A stretch of 61,042 nt of DNA, the filler included, from Candidatus Lindowbacteria bacterium RIFCSPLOWO2_12_FULL_62_27 (GTDB lineage Bacteria; Lindowbacteria; 2-12-FULL-62-27): NCBI GenBank assembly GCA_001784175.1. It is 2 parts of 2 records of this genome, joined end to end, with 100 filler letters (N's around TTAATTAATTAA, not from the genome) between each part and the next. Parts side by side here need not be neighbours in the genome. Positions count along the whole stretch, not along the records: positions 32,020 to 61,042 come from MFPR01000017.1; 1 more part is not named here. One strand, written 5' to 3'. The position numbers were made by a program, and so were the translations under genes. Positions within the stretch are counted from its first letter, which is position 1; each line of letters begins with the position of its first letter. Below, piece by piece: positions 49,299-58,533 of this stretch. The notes beneath the pieces were generated by a model, which saw only the letters and a list, made by a program, of their open reading frames with translations, did not search any database and was not told where the DNA came from.

Positions 49299-50399
49299 TT
49301 AATCAACATGGCCACGTATTTTACCTGCTCGTCCAAGCGGCCAGTAAATGGAAGTCACTTTTCCAACAATGTCCTTCCGCTCTACAAATCCCCAAAAGCG
49401 GCTGTCCTTTGAGAAGTCGCGGTTGTCGCCCATGACAAAATATTTGCCGGGCGGCACGGTCAACGATTTCATATCGTCCCGGTCCGGCAGATAATTTTTG
49501 TCTCTATGAATGGCGTAAGGTTCAATGACGGGAGTGTCATTCACGTAGACCTCTTTCCGGACGATCTCGATCCTGTCGCCGGGTACTCCAACAAGGCGTT
49601 TGACAAAATGTTTATGCTCCGCTTCAAACCAAAAAACAATAATATCTCCCCGTCCTGGCTCACCGACCTTATAGTGCAGCTTCGAGACCAGCATTCGATC
49701 GTCCTTGATCAAAGTATTCTCCATCGCCGCGCTGGGAATGAAGAATGCCTGGGCCACATGTTCTCGAATGGCGAGTGCCAGTGTCAGAGGCCCGACGAAC
49801 ATCTCGACAATAATAGCCACAACAAGCATTTTCACTCTATCGGGCATTTCGTTTTCCTTCCGGGAACGGCTTCGGTAGGCATCAATGAGTACCGGTATCA
49901 GGATTATGATGGAAAGAATCTCATTCAAAATCTTTTCCTCGGCCTTGGATAAATTGAGCGTTCCCTCCTCAATGTAATGCAATTGAGCATAAAACACGAA
50001 GCATATCCCAATGAGAATGCCGACGCCCTTCGCCCATTCTCTATTGAAGAATTGTCCAAGGCTGGGAAAAATCACAGACAGAAACACGGCGATCCATGGT
50101 TTGGAAGAACGATGAGGGCTTGTTTTGGATATACGGTAGGCGTCGACAAGCACATAAATCTGTGAAATCGCACAAACACAGATCAGGAAAACCGCCGCCG
50201 GTGTCAGCCCCTGAAAGAAACAGAAAAGAGCAGCGATGACCGAGAGATTAACGGCACAGAAAAATACAATTCCACGCGTTTTCTTCCCGCATAAACACTG
50301 GCCCCAACCGGCAACGAGCATGCTCCAGCAAACAAATTCCCATGGCGAACGCGCCAGAGGGGTAAGCGGCGGCGCGGTATTTTTAATCACAATACTCAC
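49299..50399 (-). CDS. lepB: Signal peptidase I-like protein with extra N-terminal TMs (catalytic Ser appears substituted)
   Basis: IPSAAMENTL, RGDIIVF, VKRLVGVPGD, GDNRDFSKDSRFWG. Confidence 0.8.
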   Translation of the reverse strand: MSIVIKNTAPPLTPLARSPWEFVCWSMLVAGWGQCLCGKKTRGIVFFCAVNLSVIAALFCFFQGLTPAAVFLICVCAISQIYVLVDAYRISKTSPHRSSKPWIAVFLSVIFPSLGQFFNREWAKGVGILIGICFVFYAQLHYIEEGTLNLSKAEEKILNEILSIIILIPVLIDAYRSRSRKENEMPDRVKMLVVAIIVEMFVGPLTLALAIREHVAQAFFIPSAAMENTLIKDDRMLVSKLHYKVGEPGRGDIIVFWFEAEHKHFVKRLVGVPGDRIEIVRKEVYVNDTPVIEPYAIHRDKNYLPDRDDMKSLTVPPGKYFVMGDNRDFSKDSRFWGFVERKDIVGKVTSIYWPLGRAGKIRGHVD

Positions 50400-50641
50400 G
50401 GCTTCCCAGGCGTTACATGATTCGATGGTTCTTTTGAATCTAACGAATCTCTTCCCTGTGGACGAATCTGTTGTTCAACTCTCTGCTTTTTGGCCGCCTC
50501 CATGGCCTTTATCAATTTGGGAATGGCCAGAGCGGTAAGAATCCCAAGAATCGTAATGAGCCATAAGATTTGGATAGTACTGTCAAAAACCACCGATCTC
50601 TTCTTCGTTTTAGGATCCTCGTCCGTATAAAAGACTGACAT
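50396..50641 (-). CDS. Small single-TM protein with pilin-like hydrophobic segment
   Basis: ITILGILTALAIPKL; stop overlaps the lepB-like start. Confidence 0.55.
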   Translation of the reverse strand: MSVFYTDEDPKTKKRSVVFDSTIQILWLITILGILTALAIPKLIKAMEAAKKQRVEQQIRPQGRDSLDSKEPSNHVTPGKP

Positions 50642-50653
50642 ATTATTTGCGGT

Positions 50654-51439
50654 TCATAGCCTTATTACAGTAATTTCAGGCCTACAGTTAAATCGAACTG
50701 GGAATGCGTAGGTCCCAATTCCAGGATTTACATATAGTGGCCCGGCTGGTGTATGAAACAATCCCTTATCGTAGTTACCCACCCCCGGCGGGAGGATCAA
50801 AGGTCCCAAGAACGGAACTCTCACCTGGCCGCCATGGGAATGGCCAGCCAGAATGAGATCGAATTTTTGCTTCAAGTAACTCAATTCGTCGGCCATTTTA
50901 GGATAATGCACCAACAAAATCCTTTTCGCGCCATCCGTTTCATCGAATCGATTTTTTGTGAAATAATCCTGAGAAAATCCATCTATCCCGATGATCTCAA
51001 TATTTTCTTCGGGAATTCGGACGCGTTCGTTAACGAGCCAATCCCCGCCCGTCCTGCCAAATGCCGCCTTCATGACATTGAAAGGCGCGTTACTCCAGTG
51101 ATCATGATTTCCCGGTACTCCATAAATCGGGCATTTTATTTTTGTCATAAAATCGAGTGCCTCGTTTAAATAATGAGCGTCTTCCACGGTGTCTCCCGTA
51201 AAACAGACAAATTTCGGGCTGATGGCGTTGATCTTTCTGACCACGCATTCGAGATATGATCCATCTCCTTTGTAGTGGAGATCCGTAATGTGGATGATTG
51301 TTCTTTCCCGGTTTGCATCAGATAACTTTATCTCTTTGACATCAATCCATTCTGACTCGATCAGAATGGGGTATGCGGTGGCCACCGCGATGGTGGAATA
51401 GACCCCGATACGGATAAAGTTACGTCTGCTGATTTTCAT
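50654..51439 (-). CDS. Metallophosphoesterase with Tat-like signal
   Basis: MKISRRNFI; HITDLH, TGD, GNHD, GHSHGGQV. Confidence 0.85.
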   Translation of the reverse strand: MKISRRNFIRIGVYSTIAVATAYPILIESEWIDVKEIKLSDANRERTIIHITDLHYKGDGSYLECVVRKINAISPKFVCFTGDTVEDAHYLNEALDFMTKIKCPIYGVPGNHDHWSNAPFNVMKAAFGRTGGDWLVNERVRIPEENIEIIGIDGFSQDYFTKNRFDETDGAKRILLVHYPKMADELSYLKQKFDLILAGHSHGGQVRVPFLGPLILPPGVGNYDKGLFHTPAGPLYVNPGIGTYAFPVRFNCRPEITVIRL

Positions 51440-51440
51440 C

Positions 51441-52406
51441 CTATTTTTCGGGTGCTGGGTTCTGACTACCGCTTTCGACAGCAGGCGGCTGTTTCCGCTC
51501 CATATCCAACTGCAACTTGGTAACCTTCCACGAAACCAAAACAACAATGGCTATAAGTGTCACGGCGAGAGAACTGAACAGTATTATTTTGAAAAGCAAA
51601 GGTTTTTTCGCGTATTCATCCGACATCGATTCTTGCTGATTGCCAGAATAATCAGAATAAAATTTATCGTCCAGGTTCGAGGGCACAGGATTGACAGTAT
51701 AACGTTCCTCGGCATCGCGCGTCATCTGTCCTTCCGCGATCAATCGTTGAGTAATTTGGATAATGCGCCGCTGAGATATCGCAATGCTTTTTTTGTCCAG
51801 TTTTCCAATATACTGAATGTCCTCCTCCATCATTTGCGCGGCTCTTTTTGACATGTTGGAGTAAATCAGCGCTTTGATCGCCGGTACCGTATCGATCAAC
51901 GCGCATGCCAGCTCTCTTGTATCGACTTCCCGCAATACACGACGAATGGCGTATTTATCCAATTTTAACAAAAAATCGAACGGTTCAGATTTGTATTCCA
52001 AGTTTCTTGAAATGCCGGGCGATATTTCATCAAGAGCGTCAAGGAACGCCTGCTCGTGAAGCGGGTGCATTTGATGTAGAACCCATGAGAAAACGGCTTG
52101 AGGTGAAGTATGCGGCGGGGTATCCGTTAATTTACCTTGTCTCCAAAATTCTTTGGATGAGCCATCGAACGGCCCTTCGTATGGATGAATGCCAAATATC
52201 GCCAAATTCAGAAGCCTGCGCGGGTCCTTATTACTTAATTGGTCAAGTATACTAGCGTCGAGTACATCGCTCGGGCTCTTCACAATCGCGTCCAGATCAT
52301 CCGCGGACACAGTGTGGGCATCTTTCCATTTTTTGCTCAGAACCTCTCTAACAGCTCGAATTAATCTGCGTTCTTTCGGTGTCAAATCGTCAAATGTTTC
52401 TGTCAT
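51441..52406 (-). CDS. FliG C-terminal-like domain protein with C-terminal TM
   Basis: IRRVLREVD..LACAL...NMSKRAAQMMEEDI...QRRIIQI. Confidence 0.7.
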   Translation of the reverse strand: MTETFDDLTPKERRLIRAVREVLSKKWKDAHTVSADDLDAIVKSPSDVLDASILDQLSNKDPRRLLNLAIFGIHPYEGPFDGSSKEFWRQGKLTDTPPHTSPQAVFSWVLHQMHPLHEQAFLDALDEISPGISRNLEYKSEPFDFLLKLDKYAIRRVLREVDTRELACALIDTVPAIKALIYSNMSKRAAQMMEEDIQYIGKLDKKSIAISQRRIIQITQRLIAEGQMTRDAEERYTVNPVPSNLDDKFYSDYSGNQQESMSDEYAKKPLLFKIILFSSLAVTLIAIVVLVSWKVTKLQLDMERKQPPAVESGSQNPAPEK

Positions 52407-52588
52407 CGCAACGGGGACCTCCCGTAGATATTGGTCATGAAAAATCTGCCGAAAAACTGAAGCATACTTTTCATATCAGCTCCCCCGGCTCTCCTGATCA
52501 AATTGACTCCGTGAACGCGATCTCTCGCCCCTTCGTACAATCTCCACGCCAGATTCACAACCCATAACTCGCCGGTCGACTGTAAAGA

Positions 52589-53479
52589 TTATCTGACGCC
52601 AAATTCAAATACCTGTCGGAGGTGATCGCTGCGGAGGGAGTATTTCAATCGATATTCATGTGCAATGACCCGCGCGCCATAAATGCACTGATCCAGCGCG
52701 TAGACAGGTATGGGCATCGGCCATGTGTATGACCACCCGCCACCCACGGCATCGTACGCATGCTGATAGGGCGTGGGCAACGGATCCAATGCCCTCGACC
52801 TGCGCGGCGAGTTGAAGTCTCCCACGACCAGGTCTGGATTGTGCTCCTTCATGGCATCAACCAGAATCCGTAGTACCGGATCTCGAACGTTTTTGATCGG
52901 GGCCGCAATGTCAACGGCAAACATTTTCAATGGCGTGCTGTCTATCACACAGTCAGCAGAAAAAATCCGAATGTCGCCAGCCTCAATGAGCCATCCTTTG
53001 TTTAGAATCTCACCACGCACGGCGATCACAATTGAACCACCCTGCGCGATGGTTGCCTGGCCCAAGGCTCTCGCCAAATCTTCAGAGGCGAATTCATTTG
53101 GCGTCTCGTTCAGTACAACGATGTCGGCGGATTCCTCTCTAAGTTGGTCGCTGATCGCTGGCCATCCCAAGCGCCCCCAGTAGACATTCCAATGAACGAG
53201 GCGGAGGGGTTTTCTGACTTCTTCTCGTGGTGGTGTGCTCCAGCGATTTTCGAGACCCACAACGACTACAAGCGAGGCGACGGCGAACACAATCGGCAAC
53301 AGGGCGCTCCATAGGAGACGGCGTCTGTAGAAGAGAAATGCGGCGACAGTATTGGCAATGAAAACCACCGGTGTGGGAATGTAGAAAAAGAGGGCCAATA
53401 TCCAGTTTGTATCCCGCGCGATTTGCCCTGTAGCCCAAGCCGCAGAAAACAGAACCACGCACAGCAATAACATCGTCAT
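52589..53479 (-). CDS. Endonuclease/exonuclease/phosphatase family membrane protein
   Basis: HWNV, LNE, VGDFN, YTWP, LDQ, SDH. Confidence 0.8.
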   Translation of the reverse strand: MTMLLLCVVLFSAAWATGQIARDTNWILALFFYIPTPVVFIANTVAAFLFYRRRLLWSALLPIVFAVASLVVVVGLENRWSTPPREEVRKPLRLVHWNVYWGRLGWPAISDQLREESADIVVLNETPNEFASEDLARALGQATIAQGGSIVIAVRGEILNKGWLIEAGDIRIFSADCVIDSTPLKMFAVDIAAPIKNVRDPVLRILVDAMKEHNPDLVVGDFNSPRRSRALDPLPTPYQHAYDAVGGGWSYTWPMPIPVYALDQCIYGARVIAHEYRLKYSLRSDHLRQVFEFGVR

Positions 53480-53513
53480 GAGATATGGGCGTACTCTTGT
53501 TTCAATTCTCTCT

Positions 53514-53819
53514 TTACTTTCCTCTCCACCAATCCACGATATTTTTTGCCATGGTGGATTCGTATTCTGACACGCCTACCTCGGCCTTAAGTCCCATGTC
53601 CTCTGTGATAAGTTTGTCCAGATGTTTTGCCAACTCATCCACCGAACAGCCCCGTTGCAGCATCGAATGGATTTTCGGCGCATAGGTGTCATATTCATCC
53701 GGTGGGTTGCCAGTCGCCTCTAGGCTGGAAATAACGTCGATTGGGTCCCAATCGCGGAGGAACTCTTTGATTTTTTCTAATTCGGCAGCCACTTCGCGCC
53801 TTTGCTCCTTTTTATTCAT
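53514..53819 (-). CDS. DUF1871-like protein
   Basis: DWDPI...DEYDTY; GGAGGAG RBS. Confidence 0.65.
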   Translation of the reverse strand: MNKKEQRREVAAELEKIKEFLRDWDPIDVISSLEATGNPPDEYDTYAPKIHSMLQRGCSVDELAKHLDKLITEDMGLKAEVGVSEYESTMAKNIVDWWRGK

Positions 53820-53840
53820 AGGCTGGCTCCTCCATGTATA

Positions 53841-54248
53841 TTATTGGAATATGGCCACGACGTGCGGGCCAAGAATGATGAAGCCTATTATTACTGCGCC
53901 GATAGCAGAAATTAAGACCGCCCCCGCGGCAACATCTTTGGCTTTCCCCGCCAGTGGGTGAAACTCTGGCGAAGCCACGTCGGTTAGAAACTCAAAGGCC
54001 GTGTTAAGCGCCTCGGCTGTCCAAACGGAAATAATTGACAAAATAATCCAGCACCACTCGGATTTTGATAAACCAAATACGAAGCCTGCTATCGTCACGG
54101 CAATTGTGGCGAAGGCATGCACCCAAGCATTCCGTTGTGTCGCCAGCATGACGGCTATGCCTTTAAGGGCGCAATAAATACTTCTGATGCGCCCTGTAAA
54201 TGTAAGCTGCTTATTATCCCTTCGTCCTTCGTTATTCATAGTATTCAA
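53841..54248 (-). CDS. dgkA: Diacylglycerol/undecaprenol kinase family protein
   Basis: ALKGI..QRNAWVH, EALNTAFE, AKDVAAGAVL. Confidence 0.85.
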   Translation of the reverse strand: MNTMNNEGRRDNKQLTFTGRIRSIYCALKGIAVMLATQRNAWVHAFATIAVTIAGFVFGLSKSEWCWIILSIISVWTAEALNTAFEFLTDVASPEFHPLAGKAKDVAAGAVLISAIGAVIIGFIILGPHVVAIFQ

Positions 54249-55467
54249 TCCATTCTATCCTCCCTCTGTAGTCTACCCGTTCAGTGCAATCTATCGGTTT
54301 ATTGAATTTACTGCACATCTCTTTGATTTCTGCGCCAAGAACGCCCGCATATGGGGACAGAACATCCGATACTTTTTCCATCGTCATAGCTGGCAATAGA
54401 TTGATGTCTGGTTTGGCATTCAGCGCGAGCCTATAATGGACCTCCCGCTCGCAGGCTCTGATCCTGATTGTACCCTCGAATGGTATGCGGTTGGACGTGG
54501 TAAACCCGGCCAGATGCAAAAAACGCAGCAATATGTTTTTGCCGTTTAATTTCTCCACCTGGAAGTGCACCACCCCACCCGATCCCCCGGCCACCTCGAT
54601 GACGGTTTTATCAGGGGAAAAACGGAAAACGATTCTGTGGACATCAGATTTGATCATTTGCATAAAAAAGGGTCTTTCGAAATCTATTAACTCGGAGGTT
54701 TTTTGACAAATAGTGTCACCCTCTTTTCTATCGTTGTACTGGCAGATATCGTGAGGGAAAAAAGCGCCATAGTCGTTCGACTCTGTCACATGAATTCTGG
54801 ACACCATCGCTTCATCCGAAAACAGTACGCGAATTTTTTCGATGGGTTCGATAATACGTGGTTTTGATGTCAGTTCTTCGAGCCTCTTCGCATTTTTGTC
54901 TGCTAGTTCCTCCTCCATGGTGACGATCTTTGTATATATCTTATCCTTATCCAGGGTCTCCGCCACCTTGGTGATGACAATCTGATGACCACCATGACCG
55001 TCGAAATTGGGCGTGGACTCTATTTCGTAGCTGACCTCCTTACGGGTATCTTTGACTCGTCCGGTCAATTTCAAAGCGCCTTTGGACTTCATGTCTGCAT
55101 CCAATGAAATCCCGCCCATCTGACGGAGTCTCTGTAAAATATTTTTGGGATTGAACCCCTTTTTGGTAATCGTCTCATTGGAATCCAGAAGAATTTTTAT
55201 CTCGGCTGGGTATATCTGGATAACAATGGAATCAAAATTGTTCTTGTATATGATGTCGCCGAATCTACTTGAAAAAAAAGTAACGTGCCCGACTATATTG
55301 TCTGCGTGCATCAACTTGGTGTATTCATCCGAGTTTCTATCGGTCGGGAGCAACCTCGAGTAGTCGTTGTCTTTAGACCAAGCAATGTCCCTCATTAAAA
55401 TGTCGTCCGACAACAATGCGCTCAATTCAGATTTCAACGAACCACAAACCTCATTGAAGTCGTTCAT
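54232..55467 (-). CDS. Hypothetical protein
   Basis: 411-aa ORF; no motif recognised. Confidence 0.6.
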   Translation of the reverse strand: MNDFNEVCGSLKSELSALLSDDILMRDIAWSKDNDYSRLLPTDRNSDEYTKLMHADNIVGHVTFFSSRFGDIIYKNNFDSIVIQIYPAEIKILLDSNETITKKGFNPKNILQRLRQMGGISLDADMKSKGALKLTGRVKDTRKEVSYEIESTPNFDGHGGHQIVITKVAETLDKDKIYTKIVTMEEELADKNAKRLEELTSKPRIIEPIEKIRVLFSDEAMVSRIHVTESNDYGAFFPHDICQYNDRKEGDTICQKTSELIDFERPFFMQMIKSDVHRIVFRFSPDKTVIEVAGGSGGVVHFQVEKLNGKNILLRFLHLAGFTTSNRIPFEGTIRIRACEREVHYRLALNAKPDINLLPAMTMEKVSDVLSPYAGVLGAEIKEMCSKFNKPIDCTERVDYRGRIEWIEYYE

Positions 55468-55576
55468 TCTGGTTTCACCTTTGCTGGACCCATCTCGGTG
55501 CCATGAAACAAATACCGCACCGGCGCATACACCGTCATCATGACAAGAACAGCAGTGTTCATTTTTTTATCACCTC

Positions 55577-58294
55577 TTAGAATTGTACAGAATCGTCAAT
55601 GGGGATGCCGTGCCGTATGCACAGGGCGGCAAGCATTGGCGCCTTTGGATGATGCCTATGAATGCTGAATGACATCTGACTGTTCTTATGAACAATCTCC
55701 CACAGACCGACATTGGCCATGCGGTGTCTTTTCAAGACCACGATGTTTGTCCAGAGGACCGAAATGCGCTGAGTGGGTCCATCATACAGGATCCCGTCCT
55801 TGCAAAATTGAAAATTTGTCGTCCGACCGAATAGTGCTGCGAAGATAAAGTGGAAAACATATATCGACAGAATTCCAAGACCAAAGCTTTCGATTGGCCC
55901 TTTGAATACAAAAAATGGCCATCCAAAGGTAGCGCCGTTGACCAGTACGAATGGAACGGCACGCAACCATTTGACGGTGACACGCTCCTCTGGGATGGGG
56001 AAATCCTCCAAGGTGTATGGCAGAACATCATCACCACGTCTGGCTTCATCAATACCTGTTATCTCCATCACCGCGGGGGTCACTTTCATGTTGATCCTCC
56101 CAAGCCTGACAAAAATATACAAAGCCAAAAATGTAGCCAGTCCGAAATTCAGGTTGTATATTTCAAACATGATCGCTGGCTTTTGCACGAACAAAAACAA
56201 TGAGAACGACAAAATGATCGATGCTCCCAATGCCAACAAAAATTTTCCGCGTGCTTGCCCTCCTAACCCTCGAAAGCGCCATTTCTGAAGGCTTGTCAAC
56301 ATGAAAAAGGGAAAGAACGAACATAGAATCCAAAAGGGGTGCAGATTTTTGGCTGTGTAGATCAACTTAGCCCCGAAAGGGAATTCCGCCTGAACAAGTC
56401 GGCCGTTTTCTATCTTGCGTGCCTCCCCCATCTCTTGGTCGATTCTGGATACAAAATAGGTGTTGTTTCCGTATGAGACAACTTCATGCGGGTATTTCAG
56501 ACAAACGGCGTCGTATATCTTGTGGGGTATGTTGTCTTTGACCTTATAAAGCGTTTCATTCCAGCAGGATTGTGAAAATATACCGTGATCGCCCGGATAT
56601 CGCATAAATATTTCGGTGATATTATCGCCGTCAAAATCCCCCATATCAATTGTTGCACCGGGTTCTCCCGGATAATAGATCTTAAATCCCTTGTCCAGCC
56701 ACGACTGAATACCTTCCGATTTGAACGAAACCGCATGGATAGGGACCGTGCCGCTTCCGACTGCCTTCGGGCCAAATGAAATCCATTTGTCGGCGACCAA
56801 CGAATTGTAGTCGAAGACCTGAGGTCTATCCCAGATATTGAGGTTCCAGCGCTCATCCCGGCGAGCAGGCAGATGGATATTCGAGTCAACGGAAAAATCC
56901 CATTTCGTGATGTCCGTATCGGCCTTCCTCGCCCAGCCTGCGCTGTAGTCGATGGGTGTAAATATCTTTATAGGTCGGTCAAGGGGCACACCGACGACTT
57001 CGAACGCGTTTCTCGATTTCTGCGCTTGGAGGGTATCGAAATGATCTGAGAAGATTTGAAAGGGTGTGGATACCAGCGCGTTGAAGAGAAAGACGCCGTT
57101 CGCGACGACCCACACTGCTGTGAGAATCGCCGGCAACATATTGATGCCTTCTTCCTTCATTTTCCCCATATATGGCTGGCGCAATTCATCAATTGATGGT
57201 CCCGCCGATTCTCGTATCTCCTCTTGCTCGATTTCTGGAAACGGTCGTCTACTGTATCGCCTGAAAATCATTCCTGATGTTTTGAACAAAATGATGAGAA
57301 GCGGGAAGAAATTAAGTTCCACAAGCCCGAACAACGCCCAGTGGCAATAGGACAGACGAATCAGCAGTAAAACCAAAGCAACCCATACGCCCGCGACTTT
57401 GCGCACGACATCGGCGTCCGTGGCCGGCAGACCCAGCAGAGATCTCACAGACCGGCCGCGCATTGACCGCTTGAATACCCACCAAGAGATGGCAGGACTT
57501 ATGGAAAACATGATCCACCAGTAGGACAAGTCGTGCAGCAGGGAGCGGATCTGGACACTGACCGGAAGAAAGACTTTCCTCGCCTTGCCGCCATTGAAAT
57601 CGATGCCGTATCCCAAGCCGGCCATGTCGGCGTTGTAGATGATGGGGAATTTTCGATCTTCCACAAATTTATATGGAGCGACCGCGCAATATTTACGAAA
57701 AAGCTGACGAGGGACATTGTTTTCGACGGCATAGATGGAGATGTTCATGCAGGTGGGTTCCATCAGTGAATCGTAATCGTACTGAAATATGACCTCCTCC
57801 CTGCCGTCTCCGTCCAGGTCGATGGGTCGAAAGGGCGCGAATTCCTCTCCACCGAAATGTTTGACTTCCGCATCCTTCCGACCACTTTTGATGTGTTTCC
57901 GAAGCTCTGCCGGCCGGAACGATATTGCCGCCAGGTCAACCTGCCCGCTGAACGAGCCGGAGCGGGCGAAAGATATTCTTCCGTCCTTTGCTGTCCCGTA
58001 ATCAAAGACGGCGGGCCTGTCCCAATGTGTAGGCCAACTGGAATAGTACGATGCCTTTGGTATGTTGTGGATGGGAACGGAGTCACTTGCAGGCACGCCC
58101 ACAATTTCGAACTTTCCAAATTGGTAGCCTTCTTCCCTGCTACCGTGGAGAGAAAGCGCCAGATCAAAGCCAAGACGTGCGACATCCATCGTGGTCAAAA
58201 AAATCCACGGCAAACTCAGAATCCCAAAAATTCCAACGATGATCGCCGAGCCCTGTCTTTTGAGTCCGGACATGCGAAGCATCCTACCATCCAT
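55577..58294 (-). CDS. Membrane protein with tandemly duplicated extracytoplasmic module
   Basis: Two copies of FE.VGVP...WDRP.VFDY...ISF...D.DGD..E.F..Y...C.N..Y.V..N.P, each followed by TMs. Confidence 0.7.
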   Translation of the reverse strand: MDGRMLRMSGLKRQGSAIIVGIFGILSLPWIFLTTMDVARLGFDLALSLHGSREEGYQFGKFEIVGVPASDSVPIHNIPKASYYSSWPTHWDRPAVFDYGTAKDGRISFARSGSFSGQVDLAAISFRPAELRKHIKSGRKDAEVKHFGGEEFAPFRPIDLDGDGREEVIFQYDYDSLMEPTCMNISIYAVENNVPRQLFRKYCAVAPYKFVEDRKFPIIYNADMAGLGYGIDFNGGKARKVFLPVSVQIRSLLHDLSYWWIMFSISPAISWWVFKRSMRGRSVRSLLGLPATDADVVRKVAGVWVALVLLLIRLSYCHWALFGLVELNFFPLLIILFKTSGMIFRRYSRRPFPEIEQEEIRESAGPSIDELRQPYMGKMKEEGINMLPAILTAVWVVANGVFLFNALVSTPFQIFSDHFDTLQAQKSRNAFEVVGVPLDRPIKIFTPIDYSAGWARKADTDITKWDFSVDSNIHLPARRDERWNLNIWDRPQVFDYNSLVADKWISFGPKAVGSGTVPIHAVSFKSEGIQSWLDKGFKIYYPGEPGATIDMGDFDGDNITEIFMRYPGDHGIFSQSCWNETLYKVKDNIPHKIYDAVCLKYPHEVVSYGNNTYFVSRIDQEMGEARKIENGRLVQAEFPFGAKLIYTAKNLHPFWILCSFFPFFMLTSLQKWRFRGLGGQARGKFLLALGASIILSFSLFLFVQKPAIMFEIYNLNFGLATFLALYIFVRLGRINMKVTPAVMEITGIDEARRGDDVLPYTLEDFPIPEERVTVKWLRAVPFVLVNGATFGWPFFVFKGPIESFGLGILSIYVFHFIFAALFGRTTNFQFCKDGILYDGPTQRISVLWTNIVVLKRHRMANVGLWEIVHKNSQMSFSIHRHHPKAPMLAALCIRHGIPIDDSVQF

Positions 58295-58331
58295 CGGCCT
58301 ACCGTTGAATTGCCAATTCTGTGGAGTAATA

Positions 58332-58526
58332 ATGTTCAGACACTATGAGGATGCGCGAATGTCTGTAAAATGCACAAGTTTTTTATGGATATGGATTCTG
58401 GTCATTGCTATCGGGGTCGCAGCGGCGATGGCAGTGCCCAAATTATTATTTTTTTTCGGAAAAACTGAAAAAGTTTCGGAAGGCAATCCTGTTCTAACAA
58501 ACCCGGCGGATACGTCGGGTACATGA
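58332..58526 (+). CDS. Small single-TM protein with pilin-like hydrophobic segment
   Basis: GGAG RBS; ILVIAIGVAAAMAVPKL. Confidence 0.5.
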   Translation: MFRHYEDARMSVKCTSFLWIWILVIAIGVAAAMAVPKLLFFFGKTEKVSEGNPVLTNPADTSGT

Positions 58527-58533
58527 AATCCAT

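Noticed and set aside
55464-55562. 32-aa minus-strand ORF with GAGGTGA RBS coupled to the 411-aa gene
   Set aside because: Too short and featureless to support; could be a frameshifted leader
47152-58294. Integron cassette array (many co-oriented, unrelated genes)
   Set aside because: Most genes overlap or abut, and I found no attC-like palindromes or integrase
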